DNA from: Sphingopyxis macrogoltabida
Lineage (GTDB): Bacteria; Pseudomonadota; Alphaproteobacteria; Sphingomonadales; Sphingomonadaceae
Reading direction: 5' to 3'
DNA length: 64,000 nt
NCBI GenBank assembly: GCA_003241685.1
Contig: QFPJ01000011.1
Span: forward strand, 6,116-70,115
Shown one piece after another: positions 60,547 through 64,000 of the stretch. A program made the translations under genes and the position numbers. How positions within the stretch are numbered: position 1 is the stretch's first letter; every line of letters starts with the position of its first letter. The notes below the pieces were generated by a model. It searched no databases, had not been told where the DNA came from, and was given only the letters and a program-made list of their open reading frames with translations.

Positions 60547-62160
60547 ATGCTCGATTTCCCGCGCTGGAAAACCATCGGCATCAGCCTGATCCTGCTGCTT
60601 GGCGTTATTTTTTCCATTCCCAGCTTCCTGCCCGAAAAGACGGTCGAAAGCCTGCCGTCCTTTGCGCAGATCAAGGTCAATCTGGGGCTGGACCTGGCCG
60701 GCGGCAGCCATCTGCTGCTGGAAGCCGACCTGGCCGATCTGGAAAAGACGCAGCTGTCCAACATGGAAAAGACCGTGCGCGCCGCGATGCGCGGCGAACG
60801 CGGCGCCGACGACGATATCGCGATCGGTGATTTTCGCGCGTCGGGCAAGGAGATCAGCTTTCTGGTGCGCGAGGCGGCGCAGCTCGACGAAGCGCGCGAG
60901 CGGCTGTTCCGCGAAACGCAGGGCGCCAATCTGACGGGTCAGCGCGACTGGCGGATCGACGTCGTCGATTCGACGCGGATCGTCATGACGCTGACCGCCG
61001 CCGGCGAGGCACAGGCGGTCAGCCGCGCGATGGACACCGCGCGCGACATCATCGACCGCCGCGTCAACGCGCTGGGCACGCGCGAACCGACGATCATCCG
61101 CGAAGGCAATGACCGCGTCGTCGTCCAGGTGCCCGGCCTGCAGGACCCGCAGGCGCTCAAAGACCTGCTGGGCCAGACCGCGCGGCTGGAATTCCGCATG
61201 GTCGATGCCAATGCCGACCCGGCCGAAGCCGCCGCCGGCCGCGCGCCGGTCGGTAGCGAGATCGTTCCTTATGCCCCCGGCGAGGGCAATACCGCCCCCT
61301 TCGAGGTGCTGAGCCGGCAGGTGATGATCAGCGGCGACCAGCTGATCGACGCGCAGCAGAGCTTCGAGCAGCAGAGCGGCCAGCCGGTCGTCACCATCCG
61401 GTTCGATTCGACGGGATCGAACACGTTCGCGCGCGTGACCGGCCAGAATGTCGGCAAGCGGTTCGCCATGGTGCTGGACGGACAGGTGCTGTCGGCGCCG
61501 TCGATCAACGAACCGATCCTGGGCGGCAGCGCGCAGATTTCGGGCAGCTTTTCGGTCCAGAGCGCGAACGCGCTGGCCATTTCGCTGCGGTCCGGTTCGC
61601 TGCCCGTCAAGATGACGGTGGTCGAGGAGCGGACGGTGACTCCGGAACTGGGCGCCGATTCGATCGAGCGCGGCGTGCTTGCGGGTATCATCGCAACCGT
61701 TTCGGTCCTGACGCTGATGGTCCTCGTCTATGGCCGTTTCGGCATTTATGCGAACATCGCGCTGATCTTCAACGTGTTCCTGATCATCGCGATCATGGCG
61801 GCGTTCAACGCGACGCTGACCCTGCCCGGCATCGCGGGCTTCGTGCTGACGATCGGCGCCGCGGTCGACGCCAACGTGCTGATCAACGAACGCATTCGCG
61901 AGGAATTGAAACGCGGGCGCCGGCCGTTTCAGGCGGTCGAGCTTGGCTATAGCGAGGCCAGCCGCGCGATTTTCGACGCCAATGTCACCAATGTCATCGC
62001 GGCGGGGCTGATGTTCTGGTTCGGGTCGGGCCCGATCAAGGGCTTTGCGGTCGTGCTGACCATCGGCATCGTCACCAGCGTCTTTACCGCCGTCACCGTC
62101 ACGCGCATGTTCGTCGCCCATTGGCTGAAGACCAAGCGCCCGACGACGATCAATATTTAA
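60547..62160 (+). CDS. secD: Protein translocase SecD
   Basis: LGLDLAGG, RRVNALG..EP, LRSGSLP, VDANVLINERI. Confidence 0.97.
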   Translation: MLDFPRWKTIGISLILLLGVIFSIPSFLPEKTVESLPSFAQIKVNLGLDLAGGSHLLLEADLADLEKTQLSNMEKTVRAAMRGERGADDDIAIGDFRASGKEISFLVREAAQLDEARERLFRETQGANLTGQRDWRIDVVDSTRIVMTLTAAGEAQAVSRAMDTARDIIDRRVNALGTREPTIIREGNDRVVVQVPGLQDPQALKDLLGQTARLEFRMVDANADPAEAAAGRAPVGSEIVPYAPGEGNTAPFEVLSRQVMISGDQLIDAQQSFEQQSGQPVVTIRFDSTGSNTFARVTGQNVGKRFAMVLDGQVLSAPSINEPILGGSAQISGSFSVQSANALAISLRSGSLPVKMTVVEERTVTPELGADSIERGVLAGIIATVSVLTLMVLVYGRFGIYANIALIFNVFLIIAIMAAFNATLTLPGIAGFVLTIGAAVDANVLINERIREELKRGRRPFQAVELGYSEASRAIFDANVTNVIAAGLMFWFGSGPIKGFAVVLTIGIVTSVFTAVTVTRMFVAHWLKTKRPTTINI

Positions 62161-62172
62161 GGGATTGAAACG

Positions 62173-63153
62173 ATGCGCTTGCTGAAACTCGTTCCCGACG
62201 ACACCAATTACGACTTCCTGCGGTGGCGCAAGTTCGCGTCCTTCATGAGCTTTTTTCTGGTCGTCGTGTCGATCGCGCTGGTGGCGGTGAAGGGGCTGAA
62301 CCTGGGCATCGACTTCGTCGGCGGCCAGTCGGTCCGCGTCGAATTCACGCAGGACATGCCGCCGATCGAGGATATTCGCGAAGCCGTGGGGCGGATCGGC
62401 CTGGGGGAAGCGACGATCCAGCAATTCGGGTCGGACAAGGCCGTGTCGATCCGCACCGCGCTGCCCGACGGCGGCAAGGACGCGGCCGAGCGGGCCGGAC
62501 GCCAGCTGGTCGAAGGGATCGGCAAGGCCTTCCCGACCGCCAAGACGGGCGCCGTCGAAACCGTATCGGGCAAGGTGTCGGAGGAGTTGCTGCGCACCGG
62601 CGCGATCAGCCTGGCGCTGGCGATGCTGGGCATCTCCATCTATATCTGGATCCGCTTCGAATGGCAGTTCGGCGTCGGCGCGCTGGGCCGCCTGTTCCAC
62701 GAGGTCGCGCTGACCTTCGGCTTTTTCGCGGTGACGCAGATCCAGTTCGACCTGAACAGCGTCGCGGCGTTGCTGACCATCGTCGGCTATTCGCTGAACG
62801 ACACGATCGTCGTCTATGACCGCATCCGCGAAAATCTGAAAAAATATCGCAAGATGGAAATCGTCCCGCTGCTGAACCTCAGCATCAACGAAACGCTGGC
62901 GCGCACGGTGATGACCAGCGTGTCGGTCCTGCTCGCGCTGGGCGTGTTGCTGGTCCTGGGCCCGGACGTGATCTTCGGCTTTACCGCGGCGATGCTGTTC
63001 GGCGTGTTCGTCGGCACCTATTCGTCGATCCTGATGTCGACGCCGGTGCTGGTGTGGCTGAAGGTCGGGCCGCACAGCTTCGTTCCCCGCACGACCGCCA
63101 CGGCCGAGGGTGCCGAGCGCGTGGCCCGCAAGGACGACGGCGCGGTCGTATAG
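62173..63153 (+). CDS. secF: Protein translocase SecF
   Basis: GIDFVGG, GYSLNDTIVVYDRIRE, GTYSS. Confidence 0.97.
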   Translation: MRLLKLVPDDTNYDFLRWRKFASFMSFFLVVVSIALVAVKGLNLGIDFVGGQSVRVEFTQDMPPIEDIREAVGRIGLGEATIQQFGSDKAVSIRTALPDGGKDAAERAGRQLVEGIGKAFPTAKTGAVETVSGKVSEELLRTGAISLALAMLGISIYIWIRFEWQFGVGALGRLFHEVALTFGFFAVTQIQFDLNSVAALLTIVGYSLNDTIVVYDRIRENLKKYRKMEIVPLLNLSINETLARTVMTSVSVLLALGVLLVLGPDVIFGFTAAMLFGVFVGTYSSILMSTPVLVWLKVGPHSFVPRTTATAEGAERVARKDDGAVV

Positions 63154-63162
63154 GTTTTTCGG

Positions 63163-64000
63163 TCAGCGGCGCCCGGCGCAGCGGCGCAGGTGCGCCGCCA
63201 GTTCGCGGCCGTTGCGGTCCCAGTCGAAGCGGCCGGCCAGCGTCGCGGCGACGTCGGCGGGTGCCGGCGGGGCTGCGAGAATATCCCGCACCGCCGCCGC
63301 GATGGCGTCGGGCGTGCGCGCGGCGATGCGTCCGGCGGCGGGCGAGGTGACGAGTTCGGCCGCACCGCCCGCGTCGCTGATGACGATCGGGGTGCCGCAG
63401 GCCAGCGCCTCGACCCACGCATTGGCCAGCCCTTCGCTGGCGGAGGGCATGACGACCGCGTCGACGGCGCGGTAAAGCTGCGGCAAATCCGCGTTGGCGA
63501 CGGCGCCCATCATATGCACGCGGCCGCCGACGCCGCATCGGTCGGCCAGCGCCCGGTAACGGGCCAGATCGTCCCCGGTCCCGGCAAGCCAGTAATGCAC
63601 CCCGGGAAGGGCGGGCAGGGCCTCGATCACCAGCGCCTGCCCCTTGCGCGGGATGAGCGCGCCGACCGTGGCGATCGCGAGTTCGTCGCCCATGCCCAGC
63701 GCCGCGCGCGCCGCGGCGCGGTCGCCCGGATGGAAACGTCCGGCATCGATGCCGGTGTAATGGATCGTCACGTTGGCGGGATCGATGCCGATGGCGGCCA
63801 TGTCGCGGCGCATCGATTCGGACACGGCGAGCAGGCCCGCCGCCTGGTCGGCAGCCTGGACAAGCTGCGGCGCCGTGGCGCCGTCGTGGCCGAAATGGCT
63901 GATATCGGCGCCGCGCGCCTTGACCGAAAAGGGCAGGTCGAGCGCGGCGGCGACGCGCATCGCGGCGGGGCCGTCGGGGTAGAAGAATTGCGCGTCGATC
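63163..64000 (-). CDS. GT4 family glycosyltransferase (5' truncated by window)
   Basis: FYPDG, VGALIPRKG, PSASEGLANAWVEALACG (EX7E). Confidence 0.9.
   Translation of the reverse strand, partial: IDAQFFYPDGPAAMRVAAALDLPFSVKARGADISHFGHDGATAPQLVQAADQAAGLLAVSESMRRDMAAIGIDPANVTIHYTGIDAGRFHPGDRAAARAALGMGDELAIATVGALIPRKGQALVIEALPALPGVHYWLAGTGDDLARYRALADRCGVGGRVHMMGAVANADLPQLYRAVDAVVMPSASEGLANAWVEALACGTPIVISDAGGAAELVTSPAAGRIAARTPDAIAAAVRDILAAPPAPADVAATLAGRFDWDRNGRELAAHLRRCAGRR

Noticed and set aside
60154..63075. 973-aa antisense ORF and similar long shadow ORFs (4771-7341, 14050-16788, 44599-46677, 46708-49140, 53427-55661)
   Set aside because: They overlap well-supported genes, have no recognisable motifs, and are expected from stop-codon scarcity in high-GC3 DNA

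Overview
High-GC alphaproteobacterial chromosome segment. Gene content, synteny and repeat types point to Sphingomonadaceae (Sphingopyxis-like); this is inference, not a database result. The window is mostly core genome: lptD-surA-pdxA-rsmA, pepA-holC, ndk, cls, purMN, hdaA-ppk1-ppx, rnd, aspS, ppk2, mtgA, rluD-rpoH, chpT-cheAWYBR, amidase, rnpB, greB, slt, dapA-smpB, M13 peptidase, cckA-RR-recA, alaS, tRNA-Pro(GGG), yajC-secDF. I see no transposase, integrase, prophage block or CRISPR array. The most notable items are: (1) an orphan GH108 muramidase plus 3-TM holin pair (GTA-lysis or holin-dependent secretion type) with an AT-rich, hairpin-containing leader; (2) a coupled Bor/Iss-like small protein plus ALO-type flavo-oxidase lacking the covalent-FAD His; (3) PurN fused to a MmcQ/YjbR-like domain; (4) EcfG-type promoters, one hidden inside rluD in front of rpoH and one driving an unannotated 51-aa membrane protein; (5) a FAT-GUY-like receiver coupled to cckA; (6) repeated leaderless-mRNA promoter geometry. 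All assignments come from motif recognition by eye.
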